Shown here piece after piece: positions 37,666-47,000 of a DNA stretch of 64,000 nucleotides. The translations under genes and the position numbers were made by a program. The first letter of the stretch is position 1. The number at the start of each line of letters is the position of its first letter. This DNA comes from Candidatus Parcubacteria bacterium (lineage in GTDB: Bacteria; Patescibacteriota; Minisyncoccia; Phycocordibacterales; EsbW-18): the NCBI GenBank assembly GCA_039798445.1, contig JBDKFZ010000017.1, positions 4,195 to 68,194 of the forward strand, read 5' to 3'. The notes beneath the pieces are model-generated. The model made no database searches, had not been told where the DNA came from, and worked only from the letters and a program-made list of their open reading frames with translations.

Positions 37666-38727
37666 CTAGATCGAGAAGAGCGAGTTGACCGTTGCTACGG
37701 CTCGGTCGAGATCATCGTTCACCACATAGACGATGCCTGGTGCATTCTCGCCCTTGAGGAACTCCTGCGTGTCGCTTATTTCTTCTATTTGAGCAGGACC
37801 AATCGTTGATGTGAGATAGCTGTCTTTGATTTTGTAGACACCCTCAGGGCTTTCAGAATCTCGGTGGTTTGGGTCACCATAAGAACGCACAACCACGCGG
37901 GTTGCGAGCTCAAGAATGCCACGACCAGGAGGGAGGATACATACAGGAAGGACGAGCAAGTCGGGCATGATTTCGCGAGCTCGGTCTGCAATTTCTTGGA
38001 CCTTTTCGGGGCTCTGTTCGATGAAGACCACGTTAGAGGTCTTGAGCGCCTCTTCTACTGCTTCTTTGGAAGTCATGTAGCGGCCTCTTCCTGGGCGTAC
38101 AAGGTCTGCGAGTATCTCGGTTCCAAGCGCTTCCTCGACCTCTGAGAGAGGCATTTCTGGAGAGATGTCGGTGCGATAGTGATAATCTTTTCCCTCGACT
38201 TCTCCTGGTCGGCTCGGACGGGTTGTGTGGTTGACGGTTCGGTCGAAGTCAGAGCGTTCAATCACAGTTCCTTTGCCAGTGCCTCCGATACCCAACATGA
38301 TTGCCGCTATTTTACCACCAGCTGCGAGATGCGCTTTGATGCGGGGCGATTCTCTGTCGATGGATGCCTGTTCGATGGTGCGGACCAGGTCTTCACGGTC
38401 AACGCTTCGAGGATCGATGCCATTTACTGCTGCAATCTCATCCAAAGCCTCATCATAGGGCTTTTGGAGATCAAGTATGGTTTCGCGTGAGGCAAAAAGA
38501 GATTCAACAATCTTTGTCGGGTCTTTCTGGACGCTTTGTCGGGCGGCTTTGACCTCTTCGGGTGCGTCATCGGGTACCGAAATAGGATGTTCGCTGTAGC
38601 GCGTCATGAGCTCTTCAAGTTTTCCTACCTGGTCATCAAAGCGCCCTTCTTGCTGGGTGACGAGTTCCTCGAGACGAGCAGTGGTTTCGCTCTTGTTAGA
38701 GAGGCCTTTTTCAGATTCAAAGCTCAT
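37666..38727 (-). CDS. gmk: guanylate kinase-like protein with about 140-aa N-terminal coiled-coil extension
   Basis: C-terminal domain IAAIMLGIGGTGKGT (P-loop), HTTRPSRPGEVEGKDYHY (Gmk TTRPPRPGE..G.DY motif), VYVVNDDLDRAVATVNSLF (Gmk C-terminus). Confidence 0.7.
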   Translation of the reverse strand: MSFESEKGLSNKSETTARLEELVTQQEGRFDDQVGKLEELMTRYSEHPISVPDDAPEEVKAARQSVQKDPTKIVESLFASRETILDLQKPYDEALDEIAAVNGIDPRSVDREDLVRTIEQASIDRESPRIKAHLAAGGKIAAIMLGIGGTGKGTVIERSDFDRTVNHTTRPSRPGEVEGKDYHYRTDISPEMPLSEVEEALGTEILADLVRPGRGRYMTSKEAVEEALKTSNVVFIEQSPEKVQEIADRAREIMPDLLVLPVCILPPGRGILELATRVVVRSYGDPNHRDSESPEGVYKIKDSYLTSTIGPAQIEEISDTQEFLKGENAPGIVYVVNDDLDRAVATVNSLFSI

Positions 38728-38780
38728 ATTGTGGTGAGTTACTATAGAAGATAATCAGTCGTTGACTCGGCTCTATTCAG

Positions 38781-38853
38781 TGGACCCTATCGGATTCGAA
38801 CCGATGACCTCCTCATTGCAAATGAGGCGCTCTACCAACTAAGCTAAGGGCCC
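38781..38853 (-). tRNA. tRNA-Ala (anticodon UGC)
   Basis: GGGCCCT-TA-GCTT-AGTTGGTA-GAGC-G-CCTCA-TTTGCAA-TGAGG-AGGTC-ATCGG-TTCGAAT-CCGAT-AGGGTCC-A; G3:U70 alanine identity pair present. Confidence 0.85.
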
Positions 38854-38966
38854 GACGCTGACTAGGATACCTCATACCCATAACGAAATCAACGCTGAAT
38901 TTACTCAACTAGTCGTTTCTGATAGTCTTTATCGAGAAACGATATCTCTATTCCTAACCGCTCAAA

Positions 38967-39350
38967 ATGAATCCATCTGAATCATCCAAAAAAGTCCTCG
39001 TAATTGATGACGACGAAGCGTTGGTAGCGGCATTGAATGAACGCCTTACTGAGGCTGGCTACACAGTCTCATCCGCCTCAGACGGACAAAAAGGGCTCGA
39101 TACTGCCCTTGAAACACAGCCGGATCTCATCATCCTCGATGTTGCGATGCCGGTTATGAACGGATGGGATGTGCTTACCGCTCTTCGAGCTGATGGTTGG
39201 GGCAAAGATGCTCGCGTGGTTATGCTCACGAATTCTGACGATATGGAAAATGTCTCGCAGGCAATCGAACAGGGGAGCACAGAATATCTCATCAAAGGAT
39301 CATGGACGCTTGATGACATTGTGGCCAAGGTGGGTCAGATGATTTCATAA
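38967..39350 (+). CDS. single-domain response regulator (CheY-like receiver)
   Basis: KVLVIDDDEALVAAL...DLIILDVAMPVMNGWDV...LTNSDD...YLIKGS; 127 aa. Confidence 0.85.
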   Translation: MNPSESSKKVLVIDDDEALVAALNERLTEAGYTVSSASDGQKGLDTALETQPDLIILDVAMPVMNGWDVLTALRADGWGKDARVVMLTNSDDMENVSQAIEQGSTEYLIKGSWTLDDIVAKVGQMIS

Positions 39351-39358
39351 CAATACGC

Positions 39359-39432
39359 GGACGATTAGCTCAGCTGGTTAGAGCGTTCGCCTCACACGCG
39401 AGAGGTCACAGGTTCAAATCCTGTATCGTCCA
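39359..39432 (+). tRNA. tRNA-Val (anticodon CAC)
   Basis: GGACGAT-TA-GCTC-AGCTGGTTA-GAGC-G-TTCGC-CTCACAC-GCGAG-AGGTC-ACAGG-TTCAAAT-CCTGT-ATCGTCC-A. Confidence 0.85.
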
Positions 39433-39458
39433 CAGGCTTTGTGTTATAAAGCCATAAA

Positions 39459-39529
39459 CGGGCTGTAGTATACCGGTAGTACATACGATTCGGGTTCGTA
39501 TAGACTGGGTTCGATTCCCAGCAGCCCGA
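39459..39529 (+). tRNA. tRNA-Pro (anticodon CGG)
   Basis: CGGGCTG-TA-GTAT-ACCGGTA-GTAC-A-TACGA-TTCGGGT-TCGTA-TAGA-CTGGG-TTCGATT-CCCAG-CAGCCCG-A; C1:G72 as in bacterial tRNA-Pro; 4-nt variable loop. Confidence 0.7.
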
Positions 39530-39585
39530 CAACATGGAGAGGTTTTGCCATCCTAGCGGGTGGGTGCATACTAAGATGACACAAT

Positions 39586-40791
39586 ATGCACAAAAAACTT
39601 TTCCACATAGGTCTTATTGTGGGGACGATCGTGCTTCTTTTTGTCCTTTTTCCTCAGGTACTGGTCCCTCAGATTGATGATCTCCCCAAGCCGCCAAGCG
39701 CAATGGCGGAATTTGTTCGTTTCGATCTGCCACCAGGTTTTACGGCTAATGTTTTTGCGTCGGATCTTCCAGGAGTTCGAGTTTTGGAAGAGGACCCCAA
39801 CGGCACAATTATTGCCTCACTAACAAAGGAGGGTAGGGTCGTGGCAGTGACTGATACCGATTATGATGGAGAGGCAAACGAAGTGGTGCCACTCATTGAT
39901 GGACTCCACAATCCCCACGGACTGGCACTCTTGTGTGAGTCAAAGAATGATAGAGAGTGTTCTCTCTATGTTGCTGAGACGGAACAAATTAGTCTTTATA
40001 CATATGATCCCGTGGCTCGAGACGCGGAGTTCGTCAAAAAAGTCGTTGATCTTCCTTCGATGGGAGACCGTATAACACGAACACTCCTTACCGACCCTTC
40101 AGGGGAGAATATCTTTGTTTCGATCGGTTCATCGTGTGAGTTTTGTCAGGAGCTTGATAGGCGTTACGCAACTATTCAGCTGCTTGATCTCAAAAAGGAA
40201 AAAATGACGACTTATGCAAATGGTCTTTACAACACGGTCTTTATGGCCATTCAGCCAACCACGGGACTTTTGTGGGGTACCGAGATGGCGCCGGGAGATC
40301 CGAGCAGTGCCCAACATTTTCCGGACGAGATTAATATTTTAAGAAAAGGCAAGAATTACGGATGGCCGTTTTGCTATGGAGATAATCTTTCGTTAGAGGA
40401 TTTTCAGGCAGAAGAAGAGTCTTTTTTTGAACAATGCAATTCTTCCAAGATTCCTTCGACGCTTGACCTTCCTCCGCATTCTGCACCACTCGGTCTTGCC
40501 TTCATACCTTCTGAGGGGTGGCCGGAAGAGTATAAAGGTGACCTTTTGGTCACATACCATGGTCCGGCAACTGCAAAGCTTGGTGATGGGCATCGAGTTG
40601 TGCGTATTAAAATGAATTCAAAAGGAATGCCTATAGGTACGGCGGAGCCTTTTATGACAGGCTTTGCCGACGAAGAGGGCCGTATTGTCGGGCGACCGGT
40701 TGCTCTCATTGCTCGAAAAGATGGGACACTCCTCGTTAGTGGAGACCTCAGCGGGGTGATTTACCGAGTTTCATGGCAAGGAGATCGTTAG
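39586..40791 (+). CDS. PQQ-dependent soluble sugar dehydrogenase-like beta-propeller protein (YliI/GSDH family), membrane-anchored
   Basis: N-terminal TM; LHNPHGLAL and GKNYGWPFCYG motifs typical of soluble aldose sugar dehydrogenases; 401 aa. Confidence 0.7.
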   Translation: MHKKLFHIGLIVGTIVLLFVLFPQVLVPQIDDLPKPPSAMAEFVRFDLPPGFTANVFASDLPGVRVLEEDPNGTIIASLTKEGRVVAVTDTDYDGEANEVVPLIDGLHNPHGLALLCESKNDRECSLYVAETEQISLYTYDPVARDAEFVKKVVDLPSMGDRITRTLLTDPSGENIFVSIGSSCEFCQELDRRYATIQLLDLKKEKMTTYANGLYNTVFMAIQPTTGLLWGTEMAPGDPSSAQHFPDEINILRKGKNYGWPFCYGDNLSLEDFQAEEESFFEQCNSSKIPSTLDLPPHSAPLGLAFIPSEGWPEEYKGDLLVTYHGPATAKLGDGHRVVRIKMNSKGMPIGTAEPFMTGFADEEGRIVGRPVALIARKDGTLLVSGDLSGVIYRVSWQGDR

Positions 40792-40889
40792 CCGTTCTCT
40801 ATCCACACTTTCTTGTCAAAGACTTTCTTGCGGGGTGATACACTGTATAGGAACAGGCGATAATGCCTGCCCGCACCCACTACCATTTT

Positions 40890-41528
40890 ATGAATCGTTT
40901 TCTCTGCCTCGTGGCGTTAGTAGGAATCGTTTCTTTGCCGTTTATTTATCCACTTGTCGAAGCGGGGATTGCAACTGCTGCAACTGCGAGCGATACCGTT
41001 GTCGTTACACTTAACGTTGATGCTGGTATTTCAATCACAAGCCCCGCTGACGTACCGATGAGCCAGAACCTCGGTGTGTCTGCAGATACTGCCGTTGGAA
41101 CAGCGGTTTGGAACGTTAAAACGAACAACGCTGCTGGGTACACGATTGCCGTCAAAGCAACAACGAGCCCAGCTCTTGTTTCTGGAGCGAACTCTGTGGC
41201 TGACTATACTCCAGGTGTTGCTGCAACACCTGAAACATGGAGCGTTTCTTCGGGTAGCGCAGAATTTGGCTTCTCGGCATTTGGGTCGCACATCTCGACT
41301 GGAACATGGGGTACAGACTCTGATTGTCTCGCAGGTGCCAACGTTCCAAGTGCGGGACTTAAGTATCGCGATTTCGATACGAGCGATATCACAATTGGTT
41401 CATCGAATGCGACAACCACAACGACAGGGGTTGATACTACGGTGTGTTTTGCAGCCGAACAAGACACGGTTTATATCCCGTCAGGTGTCTATCAGGCAAC
41501 GATTGTCGCTACTGCGACAACTCAATAA
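40890..41528 (+). CDS. secreted WxL-like domain protein, paralog 1
   Basis: Signal peptide MNRFLCLVALVGIVSLPFIYPLVEA; TAVWNVKTNNAAGYTIAVKATTSPAL and C-terminal GVYQATIVATATTQ resemble the two WxL motifs (TW.L.D.P / Y.ATL.W.L). Start at internal ATG; the track ORF starts at 40863. Confidence 0.5.
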   Translation: MNRFLCLVALVGIVSLPFIYPLVEAGIATAATASDTVVVTLNVDAGISITSPADVPMSQNLGVSADTAVGTAVWNVKTNNAAGYTIAVKATTSPALVSGANSVADYTPGVAATPETWSVSSGSAEFGFSAFGSHISTGTWGTDSDCLAGANVPSAGLKYRDFDTSDITIGSSNATTTTTGVDTTVCFAAEQDTVYIPSGVYQATIVATATTQ

Positions 41529-42488
41529 ATGAATATGAATCGGCGATCATCTATAATAAGCGCGCTCGCCGCTGCGTTTATCGTCTTTTGGGCGACTCAA
41601 GCAGTGGCTTATTCTATCGAACAGGTCAGTGTCGTCGCTTCAAACGATTTTGTTGTTGAACCTGCGAAGATTGAGATATTTGCAGACCCAGGTGATGTCA
41701 TCTCCAAGAACGTCACAATCATCAACCGTATCGAAGGGCGGTCCACGTTCACTATCTCGCTCGAAGACTTCGTTGGTTCTGATGACCCATCGGTAGCAGT
41801 AAAGCTCTTGGGTGATGAAGTAAGCCGATATTCATTCCGTGACAATATCATCCCTGAGATTGATCAGCTGAATCTGAACTTTGGTGAAAAAGCGCTCATC
41901 CCCATTACTATTCGTGTTCCTGAGACAGCTTCGCCGGGCGGTTATTATACGTCGATTGTTATCGCTCACACATCGACCGATAGTGCGGGGGAGGCGACAG
42001 GAGCCAAGACGGTTTCCCGTGTTGCCCAACTCTTGTTCGTCCGTGTTAACGGTGATGTCATTGAGGACGGCGCAGTAAAGGATTTCGTTATCTCACCGAC
42101 AAGCTTTGTTCATCTCACAGGTCCACTTACGTTCAATATTCTGTTTGAGAACCGTGGTTCGGTTCACCTTGCTCCGTACGGCTATATCACCATCAAGAAT
42201 ATTTTTGGTACCACAGTGGATCAGATTCCAGTCGATGCATATTATTCGCTTCCGCAATCGCAACGCTACCGTCAGATTATCTGGCAACAGGGAGCACGCT
42301 TCGGATACTACACAGCGACACTCGAGCTCAATAAGGGTTATCGCGAAAGCGAGACGACGGAAACAAGGACGACGTCATTCGTCTTCATTCCAATGGCGTA
42401 CCTCGCAGTCCTTCTCGTTGTCATCGTTCTTCTCCTCCTCGCGCATCGCTATGTTAAGAAGAATTTTGAGTTGCGTCGCAAGAAATAA
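41529..42488 (+). CDS. DUF916/DUF3324-like (WxL-interacting protein-like) cell-surface protein with C-terminal TM anchor
   Basis: Signal peptide, two beta-rich domains (FVVEPAKIEIFADPGDVISKNVTIINRIEG...SPGGYYTSIVIAH; LLFVRVNGDVIEDG...PYGYITIKNIFG), C-terminal TM plus basic tail FIPMAYLAVLLVVIVLLLLAHRYVKKN. Confidence 0.5.
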   Translation: MNMNRRSSIISALAAAFIVFWATQAVAYSIEQVSVVASNDFVVEPAKIEIFADPGDVISKNVTIINRIEGRSTFTISLEDFVGSDDPSVAVKLLGDEVSRYSFRDNIIPEIDQLNLNFGEKALIPITIRVPETASPGGYYTSIVIAHTSTDSAGEATGAKTVSRVAQLLFVRVNGDVIEDGAVKDFVISPTSFVHLTGPLTFNILFENRGSVHLAPYGYITIKNIFGTTVDQIPVDAYYSLPQSQRYRQIIWQQGARFGYYTATLELNKGYRESETTETRTTSFVFIPMAYLAVLLVVIVLLLLAHRYVKKNFELRRKK

Positions 42489-42493
42489 GCCCA

Positions 42494-43249
42494 ATGAGAG
42501 CATTGCCGTACATCGCAGCCACTTTTCTCTGCGTACCCTTATTGCTCTACGCTCAGGTGCGTCAAAGCAACAACTACCAGATTCTTTTTGATGCCCTCGA
42601 CAGCGGAGGAGGCCTTGGTACAAGCACAAACTACATACTCGAAAGCAGTGTCGGCGAACAAGCGACAGGGGATTCTACAAGCACAAACTACATGGTTTCT
42701 GCGGGATACCAACAAGCCGAGACAAATCTTGGCGGGGGTTCCATTTCTCTCTCTGCACCGTCAGACGTAACACTCGCGCCAATATCAGGTCTTACCGGAG
42801 GTACTTCAAAGAATACTGCAGCGTGGACAGTCATCACTGATAGCCCTGGTGGGTATACGCTTACGATTGAAGCGACATCAACACCGGCCTTTCGTGCCCC
42901 GAGCGGTGCAAGTTTCTCGAATTATGTACCCGCAACAAGCGCCCCGGATTTTAACTTTAGCGTGAACGCTGCTAGCTCTACGTTCGGGTTCTCACCTGAG
43001 GGTACGCATATCGTTGCCCGATTCAAAGATGATGGGTCATCCACCTGTAACACGGGTTCTTCAGACACAGCTGATAGATGTTATGACGCGGTAACTACAA
43101 CACCGACGAACATTGCTTCGAGCAATAGTGCTAACAGCCCAACTGGAACTGTTACGACGGTGCGTTTTGCGGCAGGCGTCGGTTCCAATAAAATTCAGGA
43201 CTCAGGATCGTACACTGCAACAATTGTTGTGACTGCTATAACACAATGA
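42494..43249 (+). CDS. secreted WxL-like domain protein, paralog 2
   Basis: Signal peptide; TAAWTVITDSPGGYTLTIEATSTPAF and C-terminal GSYTATIVVTAITQ are homologous to paralog 1. Confidence 0.5.
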   Translation: MRALPYIAATFLCVPLLLYAQVRQSNNYQILFDALDSGGGLGTSTNYILESSVGEQATGDSTSTNYMVSAGYQQAETNLGGGSISLSAPSDVTLAPISGLTGGTSKNTAAWTVITDSPGGYTLTIEATSTPAFRAPSGASFSNYVPATSAPDFNFSVNAASSTFGFSPEGTHIVARFKDDGSSTCNTGSSDTADRCYDAVTTTPTNIASSNSANSPTGTVTTVRFAAGVGSNKIQDSGSYTATIVVTAITQ

Positions 43250-44037
43250 CCATGAGATGGACGCTCTCTTTTCTTGGGTTCGTGTCACTCATCTCATTCT
43301 CGGGTCATGTGTACGCAGCATCCGATACGCTCCGTGTCGAATTGGGTGTCTATCACTGCGACAATGACGCAATCTGCGAAGTTGCTGAGAACGTCGAGTT
43401 TTGTCCGCTTGATTGTGTCGCTACAACCACAGAGGAAGAACCTGAAGAAGACGACCCACCACGACCTTCTCAAGGACCACGGGTAATCCAACAACTTGTC
43501 GACTTGTTCCAAACCTACATTCCTTTTGTTGGTGAGGGGATTGTGCCATTTGTGGGTCCAATGGATGAATCGGGATACGTTTGTGAAGATGATTTTTGCA
43601 CGGCGTTTACCGACGATCTCGCCCGCTCCGTTATTGTTTCTTTTGAGGAATCGTTTGATGGTTGGGAAAGCGGTAGTGTTTCAATCAAGCCAATTGTAGG
43701 AGGAGAGATTATTTTTGAATGGGACGACGACGTGACGATGCGTATTATGAGAAGTTTCAAAGAGTTTCCCATTGACCCATTGAGTGGTGAGCTGGTTTAT
43801 GAGGGAATGAGTGGAAAATTCATTTCGCCAGCATTTCTTGGTGCTGACATCATGTATTATTCGCTCTTTCCAAAGCATCCAGACGGCTCATATGGTCAGC
43901 CTGAATTCATCATCATCAGAAGTCAGAATGTATCGGATGACAAAAAGGCAACGAGCACGTTCCTAACGGTTGGTATAGGTGCTGTTCTTGCAGCTATCCT
44001 CGGTTTTGTCGGGAGATTTATCTTTCTTTTGATATAA
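43246..44037 (+). CDS. secreted Cys-rich, acidic protein with C-terminal TM anchor (263 aa)
   Basis: Signal peptide MTMRWTLSFLGFVSLISFSGHVYA; N-terminal CDNDAICEVAENVEFCPLDC; EEEPEEDDPP linker; C-terminal hydrophobic TFLTVGIGAVLAAILGFVGRFIFLLI. Overlaps the upstream stop by 4 nt. Confidence 0.5.
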   Translation: MTMRWTLSFLGFVSLISFSGHVYAASDTLRVELGVYHCDNDAICEVAENVEFCPLDCVATTTEEEPEEDDPPRPSQGPRVIQQLVDLFQTYIPFVGEGIVPFVGPMDESGYVCEDDFCTAFTDDLARSVIVSFEESFDGWESGSVSIKPIVGGEIIFEWDDDVTMRIMRSFKEFPIDPLSGELVYEGMSGKFISPAFLGADIMYYSLFPKHPDGSYGQPEFIIIRSQNVSDDKKATSTFLTVGIGAVLAAILGFVGRFIFLLI

Positions 44038-44045
44038 TAAACGGC

Positions 44046-47000
44046 ATGATCCGCACCTGCGCGGCATGGTTTCTGGTTGGAGTTGCACTCATTGCTGCAC
44101 AGTCTTTTGTGCCCCCAGCACAGGCAGCTTTTTCTCCCTACATCAACTATCAAGGCAAGCTTGCTGACGACACGGGAACTCCAGTTGCTGATGACCTCTA
44201 TAACATGGAGTTCAAACTCTACGACGACCCGGTGGCTGGGTCGGTTGTGTGGACTGAAACCAGAACGGGTGCAGATAAGGTGCAGGTAACTGACGGGCTT
44301 TTCAGCATCTTGTTGGGAGAGGTTGCCGCCATTGATGGTGTTAATTTCAATCAGCCGCTCTATCTCTCGGTGCAGATTGGTGGTGTTGGGACTCCATCAT
44401 GGGATGGTGAGATGACGCCACGTCGAGATATCAGTAGTGTTCCTACGGCCTTTCTTGCGGGCACGGCACTTGCACTTGATGCAACAAATGCCACGAGCAC
44501 AAACGCGACAACAACAAATCTCTATGTGAGCGGTGCTGTTGGTGTCGGGACATCAACGCCGATAACATCGATGCTTGCCATCAAGGGGTCCGCAAGCAAG
44601 GCGAATATTTTCGAAATCGCTTCTTCGACTGATGCGAATATTTTTATGGTAACGGGAACAGGGAGGGTTGGTATCGGCACGAGTTCGCCCTACGCCCGAC
44701 TCTCTGTTGCTGGCGACATCGCTCTCACCGGAGGGCTCTATGACTCAGGGGCGTCATTGGGCTCGAACGGTATGGTACTTCTTTCCACAGGAACAGGAGT
44801 TGATTGGGTCGCAACATCGACGCTTGGTATCACGGGTGGTAGCGGAAGTCTTCAGAGTGCATATGATGGCGGCGCGACTATTCAAACTGCAGCTGGCTCT
44901 CCGGTAGTCATCACTGAAACTGCCGCCGCCCTTAGCTCCTCGCACAATCTCCTACAACTCACTGCTAATCCTGGCATCGGTGGGGATTACTCAGGTGACG
45001 CGCTTCAGATCACCCTTGATGGTGTCGACGCGAACAGCAATACGGGTATCGGACTGCACATGGTGATTGATCAGTCACAGGCAACAGGAAATCCGATTGT
45101 CATTGAAGACGATGCCGGTTTTGACCTCCTGGCACTTTCACAAACAGGTGGACTGACTGTTGGTAGTGCAACACAACGTTTAGACAGCACCATCTATGGC
45201 GATTTGGTGACAAAAGGTCACACCATTCAACGTTCGCTTACGGGTATTCTTGATATCTTTATTTATGATACGACACGTGACTCTGATGGAGGTGCGTGGC
45301 GCACCAATGGTCTCACGTCAGGAACATCGTGGTATACCGAAACAAAAGATGATGGGCCGAATGATGCTTGTGTTATTGGGACGGATGACCGTTGCGGTTC
45401 GTCTGTTTTTCCGCGCAAAGCAATCTTGGTAACGACAGTTGAGAGCCTCTATATTTTTGATGCAAAGGACAACTCATTGTGGATGGAGTTCACACAAGAT
45501 GGAACATATGCGCTTGGTGCAAGCACGGGTAATCCTTCAGGTGTTGGTGCGGTAAACGGTACGGTCTACGTTGGTACTAATGGAACAGGAACAGGTCTCT
45601 ACGCTTTTGATTTTATTAGCGATCGAATGTATCGCTATAACGCTACAAACCGTGTTCAGGCGGATACGAAGATTGGGACTCGTAATACAGCAACAACATA
45701 TGCGACAGATGCTCAAACAAGTCTTGCGATTCTAGATGCAGTTGTGAACGACGTGTCTGCAGCGCTCCAGTACGGTAGTAGTGAAGGAACTACAAACGTC
45801 GCTGGTGCCATACCCCTCGACTCAGGTGCCGGACCACTTCGTGGTGTCGTGCTCATTGCCGCTGCCACGGATACAGGAATCTCTGTCATTCATCCCGATA
45901 CACAGGAGGTCATTAACTACTCTGATGCCACAAACGACGACTACAATACGGTGCACATGACAACGCGCGGTCGCATGTATGCTGCAAATGAAACACGCGC
46001 ACAACTTGAAACATGGAGAAACGTTGATAGAGATGTAACGGCGGAAACAAACGGTACGCCAGATAGATGGTATGACGAAACAATCACGGCCGGTACTATC
46101 ACCGGAGGACAGGTTCCTGCTATTGCAACATCACCCGCAACAATTGCTGTAGCCGAGCGCGCATCTCTTGCGAGAGAGGCAACAGCAACAGGTAACAATG
46201 ATTCGGGTGATGTTGTTCTTTTTGGAACAAGCCAAGGTTTTGCTGAAATCCATGATTCAGGAGGTAACTTGGGTGCTGCGGCATGGACCCGATTCGTCAG
46301 TACGGCAACAGCGACACCGCTTATGGTTGGTGGTGTAAAAAGCCTCTTCCTTTTTGAGGAGGCCGCTGGAGCAACAGACGCTCTGTCATCACTTGGTAGT
46401 GGTGCAAACATTCTTCAGAGTTTTAATACCCCCACCTTCGGCACATCGGGGGTTCGTGGGACAGCGGTTGATCTCAATGGAACATCACAATTTTTCTGTA
46501 CTGACGGAACAGGAAACGATGGTGTGTGTGATAACGACACCGACTACAATATGGCGGCCACAAGTTGGACCGTTTCTGCGTGGCTGAAGCATGATTTGAC
46601 TCCCGCAGGTATAGATACTGTATTTGAAAAGTGTTGGGTACCCGCAACGCCATCAGCAGGAACGGGGTGTGCGTGGGGAGGAATGAATGCTTCTGGGCAG
46701 TACATTATGGGTGTTGATGACGACGCAACGTGGACGGTTGGTTCGTCGATGGACGACTTAACTACAGCTGCAGGACCTTCATATGCCGATGGTCTTTGGC
46801 ACCATGTCGTGTTTACTAACACAGACACCGACATCTGTGTGTATGTTGACGGAAAACAAGTGACCTGTGACTCAACTCTTGCGGCAACGGCGACACTTGA
46901 TACCTCTGCTGTAACACTTACGGTCGGTGCATCGTGTGCTGGGGCAAACTGTGTAACGGGTGCAAACTTTTTTGCAGGTGAAATGGATGATCTCGCGTTT

